Both the position numbers and the translations under genes were made by a program. A stretch of DNA of 64,000 nt from a virus: IMG/VR virus record IMGVR_UViG_3300025913_000030, positions 10,705 to 74,704 of that record; one strand, written 5' to 3'. Position 1 is the first letter of the stretch. Each line of letters begins with the position of its first letter. Of the stretch, positions 55,309 through 63,334 are shown in pieces. The notes under the pieces are model-generated. The model searched no databases. It saw only the letters and a program-made list of their open reading frames with translations, and was not told the origin of the DNA.

Positions 55309-55622
55309 CCGAGTGCCTCCCGGACCGGCACCTCGTAGCAGGACGGGCAGACGGGCACCTGGACCGGGGGCGGCTGCTTACCGAACACCTTGCCCGAAGG
55401 AACCTCACGGAACAGTCCGTCGCCGCGCCAGCCCTCGCACTCGTGCGGCTCGTACACCGGGCAGTGGCAGCAGCACGCGGCATCGGCCGGGATCCTCGAC
55501 AGACCGATCTGGGCGGTGACCGCGGCTACTCGCTTGAGCGGTCCGGCCGCCGCCTCCAGGCTCTCGCGGAAGGCCTGTGCGTCAAAGGCCTTCGGCATCC
55601 GGTCGGGCTTCTCGTCAGTCAC
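55305..55622 (-). CDS. Cys-rich hypothetical protein
   Basis: CCCHC..HEC..CPSC. Confidence 0.6.
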   Translation of the reverse strand: MTDEKPDRMPKAFDAQAFRESLEAAAGPLKRVAAVTAQIGLSRIPADAACCCHCPVYEPHECEGWRGDGLFREVPSGKVFGKQPPPVQVPVCPSCYEVPVREALG

Positions 55623-55812
55623 CGCGCATGACCTCCTTCAGCCCCTCGGTCAACTCCTCGACCGCCGCCACGGTCTGGCCGACGGCCATGGCCAGCAACC
55701 CGCGCACCGGATCGGACTCGACGCCCGTCAGATGCAGCTGCGCGTACTCCAGAAGGTGCTGTTTCGCCCGGTCCAGATGTTCGCGCACCGTCATCAGGTC
55801 GTAGTACGCCAA
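55615..55812 (-). CDS. Hypothetical protein overlapping the integrase 3' extension
   Basis: RBS GGGAGGG, TTG start, good codon pattern. Confidence 0.55.
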   Translation of the reverse strand: MAYYDLMTVREHLDRAKQHLLEYAQLHLTGVESDPVRGLLAMAVGQTVAAVEELTEGLKEVMRGD

Positions 55813-56995
55813 TGTCCCTCCCCTGTTCTCTGTTCTTGCGCTCGAGCGCGTCACGCGCCGCGGCCAGGTCCTGCGGCCGGGCGTGCATGTAGTTGTCCGC
55901 CGTGAACGACGGGTTCGTGTGGCCCATCCACGCCGCGATCACCTGCGGCGCCACCCCGGCCCGCGACATCCGGCTGCCGGCCGCGTGCCGCATCGCCTCG
56001 TACGGCGTCACCTGCCGCACTCCGGCCGCGCGTATCAAGGCGTACATGTACCGGCGCAGGCTGGACGGCGTGAACGGGCGCCCGAGCTCGTCGCACAGCA
56101 CGTAGCCGCCGTCCTCGTACGCAGGCCCCACCTCGCGCCGCTCAGCCAGCTGGGCCAGGCGCCAGTCCTCCAGCATCTTGATCAGATCGTCGTCGAGCGG
56201 CAGGACGCGCTCCCCCGCCTGCGTCTTCGCCCGCTTCTCGACCGGCTTACCGGCCGCCAGCGTGCGGGCGTGCAAGCCGGTGTGCGCGGTCCTGGCGGCC
56301 GGATCGACGTCGGCCCACCGGATGCCGCACAGCTCCTCGGGCCGCAGGCCGCGGGCGAACAGCTCGATCACGGCAACCAGACGGTCTGATGCCGCGTGGG
56401 CGAAGAACTGCTCCTCCTCGGCGTCGCTCCAGAGCGAATGCTGCGGCTTGACCTGGGCCGGGCGCTCGACGAGGCGCACCGGGTTGTACGCGATGCGCTT
56501 CTCGGTCACCGCGATGTCCAGGGCCGCCTGCAGCCGGCCGAGTGTGAGCTGCACCGACCTCGGACCGTGGCCCTTGCCGTACCGGGACGAGGTCGACCGG
56601 GACCGCCCCTGCGTCAACATCCAATCGACGAACTCGTCGAAATCCTTCTTCTCCAGCTCCTGCAGCGGACGCTCGCCCATGTACACACGGGCCGGCTTGA
56701 GCGCGTCCTCGTAGCTGTACAGCGTCGCCGCCTCTTTCCCGCGCAGCCCCTTGAGGTACGCGTCCAGTTCGTCGCCCAGCGTCCGCGTCTTGTCCGGCTG
56801 GACGAAGGTGCCCGTCGCGCGCTCGTGCCGGATTCGGGCAAGCTCGTTCTTCGCTTCCTTCAGCTTCTCGAACGTGCCGGTGTACTGGCGGCGTTTTCCG
56901 GTAATCGGGTCGGTCCCGATGTCCACGACGAGGCGGTAGCGCTTCGTCTTGCCGTCCGCGAGCGTGATCCTGCGGATCGGTTCCTCCTTGGCCAC
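55619..56995 (-). CDS. int: Tyrosine integrase
   Basis: Arm-binding N-domain (DPITGKRRQ), GLRPEELCG, KT, MRH, MGH..TADNY. Confidence 0.92.
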   Translation of the reverse strand: MAKEEPIRRITLADGKTKRYRLVVDIGTDPITGKRRQYTGTFEKLKEAKNELARIRHERATGTFVQPDKTRTLGDELDAYLKGLRGKEAATLYSYEDALKPARVYMGERPLQELEKKDFDEFVDWMLTQGRSRSTSSRYGKGHGPRSVQLTLGRLQAALDIAVTEKRIAYNPVRLVERPAQVKPQHSLWSDAEEEQFFAHAASDRLVAVIELFARGLRPEELCGIRWADVDPAARTAHTGLHARTLAAGKPVEKRAKTQAGERVLPLDDDLIKMLEDWRLAQLAERREVGPAYEDGGYVLCDELGRPFTPSSLRRYMYALIRAAGVRQVTPYEAMRHAAGSRMSRAGVAPQVIAAWMGHTNPSFTADNYMHARPQDLAAARDALERKNREQGRDIGVLRPDDGARTSGPGETAPSGVRAAASDGRRVRSGARVAGHGRRPDRGGGRGVDRGAEGGHAR

Positions 56996-57018
56996 CGGGC
57001 CTCCCTTCCGGCCTTACC

Positions 57019-57048
57019 TTGACAGATAGTCACGCGCCTGTCCACACT
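57019..57048 (+). promoter_or_regulatory. Promoter plus operator for xis
   Basis: TTGACA-18-CACACT containing GATAGTCAC. Confidence 0.75.
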
Positions 57049-57080
57049 CTTCGGGACGGAGACGACGTATGGGGACATTC

Positions 57081-57272
57081 ATGGCGACACTGGACGAGAT
57101 CCGCGACTGGCCGGCCGCCGTCAGCATCGAGCAGGCGGCCAAGGCCTTCGGCATCAGCCGCTCCCACGCCTACGAGCTGGCTCGCACCGGGCACTTCCCG
57201 GCCCGGACGCTGAAGGTCGGCTCCAGCGTCCGGGTCGTGACCGCGTCGATCCTCGAGGCACTGAGCGCCTAA
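57081..57272 (+). CDS. xis: Excisionase / recombination directionality factor
   Basis: VSIEQAAKAFGISRSHAYELARTGHFP..LKVG; divergent from int. Confidence 0.8.
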   Translation: MATLDEIRDWPAAVSIEQAAKAFGISRSHAYELARTGHFPARTLKVGSSVRVVTASILEALSA

Positions 57273-57574
57273 GCCGCGGCCGTCTGGCGTAGCCCGACGC
57301 ACCAGTGGTGACCGCACTCGCCCCCGATCGGCTTCGCGTGCCCCTCTGCGCACAGCTCATAGGTCCCGGGCGCGTACCAGCACGCCGGGAACCGGCCGCT
57401 GCCCACCCCGACCCGCAACGCGTAATCGATCGTGCCCTTGGCCGACTCCAGAGCCTTTTCCTGGCTCTCGATGTGATCACCCTGGTCCACCCCGTTGACG
57501 ATGACGCGTGCCCAGCCGAATTCGCGGCCCTTGACGACCTTGATCTTGCAGCCCTGGTACGTCTCGCGAATCAT
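57269..57574 (-). CDS. Hypothetical protein
   Basis: RBS GAGGAG. Confidence 0.6.
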   Translation of the reverse strand: MIRETYQGCKIKVVKGREFGWARVIVNGVDQGDHIESQEKALESAKGTIDYALRVGVGSGRFPACWYAPGTYELCAEGHAKPIGGECGHHWCVGLRQTAAA

Positions 57575-57596
57575 CGCCAGCTCCTCGCCTCACTGT

Positions 57597-57640
57597 TTGA
57601 CTAATAGTCACATCATCGAGCCTGTGTGACTATCTGTCAA
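57597..57640 (-). promoter_or_regulatory. Inverted pair of operator motifs
   Basis: TTGACTAATAGTCAC (57597) and GTGACTATCTGTCAA (57626). Confidence 0.75.
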
Positions 57641-57999
57641 GCTCTCCCCGACAGCGCCCCGAACGCGGCGTCCAGGCTGCCGAACTGCGGCAGGACGCCG
57701 GACAAGCCCATCCTCCGCAGCTTGCAGGCGACGTTGTCACGGGGAGCGATCAGAACCATCCGGCCGCCACAGGAGACGGCCCGCCGCGCCGCACCGAGCA
57801 GCACGCCCACCCCGGTCTCGTCGAGGAACGTCAGGTCGCGCAGGTCGACGACGAGCCGGTAGCGGGCCGGAGACGCCAGTTCCTCGAACTCGGCGCGCAG
57901 CCTCGGAGCGGTGTGAGTGTCCAGATCCCCGGACACCACGACGACGGCGCGGCCGGCGTCGATCCATGACTCGACGTCGAGCGGTTTGAGCGCACCCAT
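57637..57999 (-). CDS. STAS anti-sigma-factor antagonist, BldG/RsbV-like
   Basis: VSGDLDTHTAPRLR..LVVDLRDLTFLDETGVGVL. Confidence 0.88.
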   Translation of the reverse strand: MGALKPLDVESWIDAGRAVVVVSGDLDTHTAPRLRAEFEELASPARYRLVVDLRDLTFLDETGVGVLLGAARRAVSCGGRMVLIAPRDNVACKLRRMGLSGVLPQFGSLDAAFGALSGRA

Positions 58000-58028
58000 G
58001 CCGTCCCCTAAGCTTCGCAGTGAGCAAT

Positions 58029-58058
58029 CTAGTTTCACCGTAGAGGAAACTAGTTTCC
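58029..58058. promoter_or_regulatory. Palindromic operator upstream of the GntR gene
   Basis: GGAAACTAGTTTCC (58045-58058) plus half-site CTAGTTTC (58029). Confidence 0.6.
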
Positions 58059-58075
58059 ACCACAAGGGGTGAAAG

Positions 58076-58816
58076 ATGCCGCGCGCCGCGAAATACACCG
58101 AGATCGTCGACGAGCTGCGCGAACGGATCCTGGAAGGCGCCCTCGAACCGAACGAGCGGCTGCTCACGGTCGAGGAGCTGGCAGCCGGCCACGGCGTCGC
58201 CGTCGCGACCGCGGGAAAGGCGTACGCCGCACTGCAGGTCGAGGGACTGGTACGCGTCACACCGCGCGGCGTCTACGTCAGCGACGAGCACCAGCTCACG
58301 CTCGTCGGACTAGACCGGCTCTCACGCGTCCGGCGCAACCTGCCGTACCTGGTGGAGGGCGAGAGCGCGTTCGTGAACTCGGCCGAGGTCGTCATCCCGC
58401 CGGCTTACGTGGCGGACCTCTTCGACCTCGACCCGTCCTCGGCCCGCGCACTGCGCCGCGAATACGTCGTCGGACGCAGCGTCAAGCGCCTGATGCTGGT
58501 GGTCGACTGGTACCCGGCCGAGGCCGCGGTGCTCGCCCCGAGCCTGGCCAAAACCACCCCGTCGACCGTCAACCACGCGACCGCGCTGTACCTGAAGGCG
58601 TCCGGTCGCACCATCACCTCGGCCCGCGACGACATGCACGCGCGGCGCGCCTCGGCCCGGGAAGCCGGCCAGCTGTTCGTCGCGGCCGGCGCCCCGGTGA
58701 TGGGGCATGTCTCGCGCTGGTGGGACGAGGACGGCGTCATCGTCTACTCCGAGGCGGTGTTACCCGAGAACGAGGTCATCGGGTACCGGACCCTTCCTCC
58801 TTCGGACCTGGAATAA
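58076..58816 (+). CDS. GntR/HutC (UTRA) regulator, KorSA-like
   Basis: KYTEIVDELRERILEG..L..EGLV wHTH; ARRASAREA UTRA-like C-domain. Confidence 0.82.
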   Translation: MPRAAKYTEIVDELRERILEGALEPNERLLTVEELAAGHGVAVATAGKAYAALQVEGLVRVTPRGVYVSDEHQLTLVGLDRLSRVRRNLPYLVEGESAFVNSAEVVIPPAYVADLFDLDPSSARALRREYVVGRSVKRLMLVVDWYPAEAAVLAPSLAKTTPSTVNHATALYLKASGRTITSARDDMHARRASAREAGQLFVAAGAPVMGHVSRWWDEDGVIVYSEAVLPENEVIGYRTLPPSDLE

Positions 58817-58819
58817 GCA

Positions 58820-58841
58820 GAGGCCCGCCAAAGCGGGCCTC
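58820..58841. terminator. Hairpin between convergent genes
   Basis: GAGGCCCGC-CAAA-GCGGGCCTC. Confidence 0.55.
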
Positions 58842-58879
58842 GCGGCCGGCCACCGCAATGACCGGGGTATGACTGAAGA

Positions 58880-59071
58880 CTAGCCGGTCTGCGGCGGCGT
58901 CTTCTTCTCCTGCGAGGTCGTGTGCCATCCCTGGCAGACCTGACACTCGTAGACCCGAACCGGAGACTTGGCCCTCTTCTTGCGGTCGGCTTTGCGCCGG
59001 ATCCGCAGCAGCGCCAATTCGGCACCGAGTTGGTCGCGGTACCGGATCTTGTCCGGGCACGCCTTACCCAA
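58880..59071 (-). CDS. Small Zn-finger-like protein
   Basis: CPDKIRY..RVYECQVCQGWHTT. Confidence 0.6.
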   Translation of the reverse strand: MGKACPDKIRYRDQLGAELALLRIRRKADRKKRAKSPVRVYECQVCQGWHTTSQEKKTPPQTG

Positions 59072-59073
59072 CG

Positions 59074-59550
59074 TCAGCCCCAGTACGAGGCGAGCCACCA
59101 GCCGGGCTGGTTCTCGCCCTCGGGCGGCTCGATACCCTGGGAGGAGAGGAACGCGTCCAGCCTCTCTCTCCATTTCGGATCGACGTTCAGGTCCTCGGTG
59201 ATCGGCTGCGCCGTACCACAGCTCGCCGTGGTCTGGGTGCCCGTCACGTACAGGTACGGCATCGGATAGTCACCCGAGCAGTGGTCGTCCCAGTCGACGC
59301 CGAGCTCTCCCTTGACCTGCTCCGTCGCCGCACGATAGGCGGCGACCTCGGCCGCGTTCTCCGGCACGGCCTCCCATCGCTTGTAGGCCTCGTAGTCGCC
59401 GCTGTAGTGCACGTCCCACGGATCGGTCATCCCACGGCCGGTCAGGATCGCCTTGACGACCTCGTCCATATCGGTCGAGAAATCCAGGTCCTCGATGTAC
59501 TCGTTCCAGCAGTAGCCGTAGAACAAATACGCGTCAGTGCTCTGCCCCAT
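59074..59550 (-). CDS. Hypothetical protein
   Basis: MGQSTDAYLFYG...PGWWLASYWG. Confidence 0.7.
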   Translation of the reverse strand: MGQSTDAYLFYGYCWNEYIEDLDFSTDMDEVVKAILTGRGMTDPWDVHYSGDYEAYKRWEAVPENAAEVAAYRAATEQVKGELGVDWDDHCSGDYPMPYLYVTGTQTTASCGTAQPITEDLNVDPKWRERLDAFLSSQGIEPPEGENQPGWWLASYWG

Positions 59551-59553
59551 GGT

Positions 59554-59763
59554 TCATCGACCTTCTTCCAGGATCTTCCCGATGCGCTGCAGCACCGGCT
59601 CCAGCTCGGCGTGCAGCGAACACGCCTTCGACCACAGATCGCGCAGCTCGCCTTCCGGGACCTCGTCCGGCTTGATGCCGTACTCGATCGCCTCCAGCAC
59701 CCCGCCCTCCCAATCGACCTTCGACTCGAGGGCGCCCAGGGTCCAGATCTCAGGACTCGTCAT
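59554..59763 (-). CDS. Hypothetical protein
   Basis: KVDWEGGVLEAIEYG. Confidence 0.6.
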   Translation of the reverse strand: MTSPEIWTLGALESKVDWEGGVLEAIEYGIKPDEVPEGELRDLWSKACSLHAELEPVLQRIGKILEEGR

Positions 59764-60085
59764 GACCGTCCTGTGCGGCCAGGTACTGCCGCACGCTACG
59801 GGCGAAGGCCTGCACACGCAGAGCCATCGCGGCCAGCTGCGTCTCGATCTGCTCCAACTCCCAGGCCAGCAGCGCGGGCCCGACGGTACCGGCGTCCGGC
59901 GCCAGGCCGCTGGCCTCCGAGGCGAGCGCGAGACGCACCTCGTTGATGTTGTAGCGGCGGTGACCGCTGGGCGTCGTGCTGAACGGGATCCGGCCGGCCC
60001 GCGCGTAACGGCCCACGGTCTTCGGGTCCAGGCCCAGGATCCGGGCCACCTCCGCCGGACGGGCGCTGCGAATGGTCTCGTTCAC
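59750..60085 (-). CDS. BldC-like MerR HTH protein
   Basis: PAEVARILGLDPKTVGRYARAGRI...TPSGHRRY. Confidence 0.8.
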   Translation of the reverse strand: MNETIRSARPAEVARILGLDPKTVGRYARAGRIPFSTTPSGHRRYNINEVRLALASEASGLAPDAGTVGPALLAWELEQIETQLAAMALRVQAFARSVRQYLAAQDGHDES

Positions 60086-60312
60086 CCCGCCACCTGCGCC
60101 CAACCCGAGCCATCGTCACGCGCGGAAGCATTGGCGAACCATGGCTCCTCGTGCCGCAGGGCGATCGCGGCGGCCAGGGCAAGCGTCGCGTGCACCTGGG
60201 CAGCGGCCACATATGCCTCCCCGCCCTCGCCGAAGTCGACGGATCCGTCGTCCATGGTCACTTCAGCGAGCAGTTCCTCGGCGCGCTTGTAGTGCTCAGG
60301 CCCGGTCGCCAT
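60082..60312 (-). CDS. Hypothetical protein
   Basis: TGPEHYKRAEELL..AQVHATLALAAA. Confidence 0.65.
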   Translation of the reverse strand: MATGPEHYKRAEELLAEVTMDDGSVDFGEGGEAYVAAAQVHATLALAAAIALRHEEPWFANASARDDGSGWAQVAG

Positions 60313-60724
60313 CAGGCGCCTCCTCAAGGATCTTGAGCATTTCGTTGGCGCTGAGCAGCCTTACCCCGGTCGTGACAAGCGCCATGACCGCCTTGCCGGC
60401 ACGCAGCCAGCAGTACGCACAGCACGGCTCACCGATGGCCTCGTGCATGTGCAGCGACTCGTTGCGATGCAGGAACAGAGCGACGACGTCGACCATCGCC
60501 TCCCGCTCCGGACCGGCCCACTGCACTGCCTGCGCACGGTAGTCGGTCCCAGTGGGCGCGGGCAGCCGGCCCGGGAGGGAGCCGAGCACCGTGCGCAGGT
60601 CGCCGAACGTGAAGTCGTAGCCGGCGATGTCGAGGATGGGGGTGTCGTCGGTCGCGCCTTCGGCCTGCGCCGTGGCAAGGAACGCGGCAGCGGCTTCGGC
60701 GGCCTGGTCGAGTGCGGTGCCCAT
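60296..60724 (-). CDS. Hypothetical protein
   Basis: Coupled ORF. Confidence 0.55.
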   Translation of the reverse strand: MGTALDQAAEAAAAFLATAQAEGATDDTPILDIAGYDFTFGDLRTVLGSLPGRLPAPTGTDYRAQAVQWAGPEREAMVDVVALFLHRNESLHMHEAIGEPCCAYCWLRAGKAVMALVTTGVRLLSANEMLKILEEAPDGDRA

Positions 60725-61494
60725 CAGCGCGCCTTCAGACCGTTGCGTCGCCTAAGCGTGCGGGCGTAGTCCTCAAACCTCGCCTTGGCGATCACAGACC
60801 GGTCCTGGGTCCGCAACACGATGCCCTCTGCCCGTCCGCCTGCGTTGCTGTCGAGCGCGACCAGGGTCTCCGGTGCGTACTTCTCCAGCCACGCCGCCGT
60901 GTCCTCGACCGTGGCCGGGAGCATCTGGACCGGGAATTCAGCCAGACGTGGCGTCAGCTCGATCTGCTCGGTCTCGGCAGCGCGCCGCAGAACGGACTCG
61001 TTCGCGAAAGTCTGGTAGCCGTTGTCCCGCCATGCGGCGATGTGCTCGCGCTCCCATTCCAGGACCTCGAACGGGACGAATGCGATGTCGAATAGCCGGA
61101 AACCGACCGCACCGGCCCCGGTGTACTGCTTGGCCTGACCGCCGATACGTGCGCCGTACGTCTCCAGAAAATACACCGTGGCCCGATCGCTGACACCCTG
61201 ATCGCCGGTGAGCCGTTCGGCTACCGGGCGCAGAGTGTGAACGATGCCGAGAGCGTCGTTGTAGACACGGTCGCCACGGGCCATCAGCAGTTCTTCGCGG
61301 GAGCCGATGAACCAGTCGCCGTCCGGCATCAAGATGATGCGGGAGTTGGTGCCGTCCACCTTCTCAGTGAGGATCACCTCCTCTCCCGAGAACTCGATCA
61401 CCTCCTCGGTCAGGCTGCCGCGTTCACCGAGGAGGTGATAGGTCGGGATCGACGGGTACTTCGTCGCCGAATTCAGGGCACGCAAATCGGTCAC
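60724..61494 (-). CDS. RNA ligase (ATP-dependent nucleotidyltransferase family)
   Basis: KYPSI..EKVDGTN (motif I), FRLFDI, EGIVLR, IAKAR. Confidence 0.82.
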   Translation of the reverse strand: MTDLRALNSATKYPSIPTYHLLGERGSLTEEVIEFSGEEVILTEKVDGTNSRIILMPDGDWFIGSREELLMARGDRVYNDALGIVHTLRPVAERLTGDQGVSDRATVYFLETYGARIGGQAKQYTGAGAVGFRLFDIAFVPFEVLEWEREHIAAWRDNGYQTFANESVLRRAAETEQIELTPRLAEFPVQMLPATVEDTAAWLEKYAPETLVALDSNAGGRAEGIVLRTQDRSVIAKARFEDYARTLRRRNGLKAR

Positions 61495-61793
61495 TGGACT
61501 CCCTCCTTCGTTCTCGATTGCTGGACGTACAGTTCGATGCGGGCCGACAGGTTGGCGACGGCCTTGGTCAGCTCGCGCATGTCGGACAGCAGCACCTCGG
61601 GGTCCAGCTCCGGCTGCGTGGACTCGCACAGCAGCGCGGAGCGCACCTCGGCCAGGTTGAAACGGCGGTGTCCGCCCGGCGTCACGTCGAACGGGATCTT
61701 CTTCAGGACCGCGTACCGCCCGATCGTCGCCTGGCTGACGTAGAGCGCCGCGGCGACCTGGCCGGCCGTCAGGGAGCGGATCGGGGCGGTCAC
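61491..61793 (-). CDS. Second BldC-like MerR HTH protein
   Basis: LTAGQVAAALYVSQATIGRYA...TPGGHRRF. Confidence 0.78.
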   Translation of the reverse strand: MTAPIRSLTAGQVAAALYVSQATIGRYAVLKKIPFDVTPGGHRRFNLAEVRSALLCESTQPELDPEVLLSDMRELTKAVANLSARIELYVQQSRTKEGVQ

Positions 61794-61869
61794 AGCAGCT
61801 CCTTGACGGCGACGATCACGGCGCACCAGAACAGCACGCTGAACGACAGGCCGTACAACACGCCACGGA

Positions 61870-62142
61870 TCAGTCCCATGAGCGCCGTCCCCAGCCCGGG
61901 TCCATCTCTGGTGCAGGCAGGCGTTCCTCTGGTCTGCGCCACGACCGGATGTACCGGATCGACTGGCGTGGGTGCACCGCGAGCGCGAGCAGGACCAGCA
62001 GTCCACCAGCCGCCCACGCGATCCCGCGGCGGTCACCGGTTGCTGCGTCAAGTGCCTTGTCGAACAGCCGCCGACCGGGACGCAGTCGCCCGGCGAGGTA
62101 ACCGGCCATGAGACCCGCGGCCAGTGTGATGACGAAGTCCAT
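61870..62142 (-). CDS. Membrane protein
   Basis: Two hydrophobic segments. Confidence 0.55.
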   Translation of the reverse strand: MDFVITLAAGLMAGYLAGRLRPGRRLFDKALDAATGDRRGIAWAAGGLLVLLALAVHPRQSIRYIRSWRRPEERLPAPEMDPGWGRRSWD

Positions 62143-62885
62143 CACGCCGCCCTCCTCTCGACACCGCGCGGGCGCGCCTTCGGGTCGTCGATGCTCTCGT
62201 CGTCCCAGGCGAGCGGGCCCGGCCAGCCGTGAGCGAGGGCGAAGTTCCGCGCCCTGTTGCACGAGTGCGCAGAGACACCCAGCTTCAGCGGGTCCTGGTT
62301 CCAGAGCCCGTCGTACAGTTCCCGGCCGCGGCGCGCGGTCACCGCCCACACCTGTTCGCGTTCCAGCCGGCTCCAGAAGTTCGCGGTCGTCATGCCGAGC
62401 CTGCGGGCGAGGAAGGATCCCGGGAACCCACGGGCGATCAAGGCGCGCATCCGGCGCAGGAACCCGGTCGCGTCGACCGGCATATGGTCGGCCGGTTCAG
62501 CGTCCTTCTTGACCGCGAGCAGCGCCTCGGCCGTCGCGACGCGGACCTTCTTAGAAGGCTGCTTGCCCGGCTTGCCGTTGATCAGCTGTTCGATCGTCCT
62601 TTCCGGGACGCCGGACAAAACATGAAGCCTGCGCCGGCCGAGTCCCGCCGCGCGCAGTGCAAGAACATGCTCGCGCACCGGCCCAGCATCGACGAAAGGC
62701 TGCCAGGTGCCGTAAGCGATACCGCGTTCCCGCTTCGCGTTATACACGCTCACCGCCAAGCAGCACGGGTAGCAGCGGCACCCCTCGAGCTTGTACTTGG
62801 CGTAGCCGTGTGGCCGGTTCCGACTCGGAGGATACGGAATCCTCCGAGTCGGAACCGGCTCTTGTTTCATGTCCGTGCCGGTCAC
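62142..62885 (-). CDS. Putative DNA-binding protein with Cys motif and HTH repeats
   Basis: HG..Y...GCRC.PC; VDAGPVREHV; RRMRALIARGF; WPGPLAWD. Confidence 0.7.
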   Translation of the reverse strand: MTGTDMKQEPVPTRRIPYPPSRNRPHGYAKYKLEGCRCYPCCLAVSVYNAKRERGIAYGTWQPFVDAGPVREHVLALRAAGLGRRRLHVLSGVPERTIEQLINGKPGKQPSKKVRVATAEALLAVKKDAEPADHMPVDATGFLRRMRALIARGFPGSFLARRLGMTTANFWSRLEREQVWAVTARRGRELYDGLWNQDPLKLGVSAHSCNRARNFALAHGWPGPLAWDDESIDDPKARPRGVERRAA

Positions 62886-63334
62886 AGCTCCATTACCTCC
62901 CACGCGCCGCGGAGGGAACGTTCCAGCGTCACCTGGGCACCCTGTGCGGCCCGCTTGCGGCCGAAGTCGCGGCAGCCGGCCTCGTCCTGCATCGGCCAGA
63001 CGACACCCGACGTGGTCACGCGCCAGTCATAGGCCGGCTTGCCGACGACGAACTGCTCCTCGAACTCGGCGGGGTCGCAGACGGCGACGCGCTCACCCTC
63101 GACCACGGCCCAGTCTCCGGGATAGATCTCCTGCCAGGAGTGGTGGGCGGAGGTAAGGACTGACGCGTCCCGAACTGCGCCGGGTTCGCCGACGCTGTAG
63201 TCGAAATGCGGGCCGAGCAGTGCCTCCATCGCGTCGAGGTTGTCGCCCGTCCACTGCACCGCCCGAACCACGGCGCACTTGCGGAGGAACAGGGAATCCT
63301 CCGTCACCGGAACCGGCTCTTGGTTTTCCGTCAT
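62882..63334 (-). CDS. Hypothetical protein
   Basis: RK..VRAVQWTGDN...GDW...C...FE. Confidence 0.65.
   Translation of the reverse strand: MTENQEPVPVTEDSLFLRKCAVVRAVQWTGDNLDAMEALLGPHFDYSVGEPGAVRDASVLTSAHHSWQEIYPGDWAVVEGERVAVCDPAEFEEQFVVGKPAYDWRVTTSGVVWPMQDEAGCRDFGRKRAAQGAQVTLERSLRGAWEVMEL

Noticed and set aside
62851-63322. GGAACCGGCTCTTG repeated near the starts of two adjacent genes (QEPVP)
   Set aside because: Only two 14-bp copies; may be chance or a small duplication
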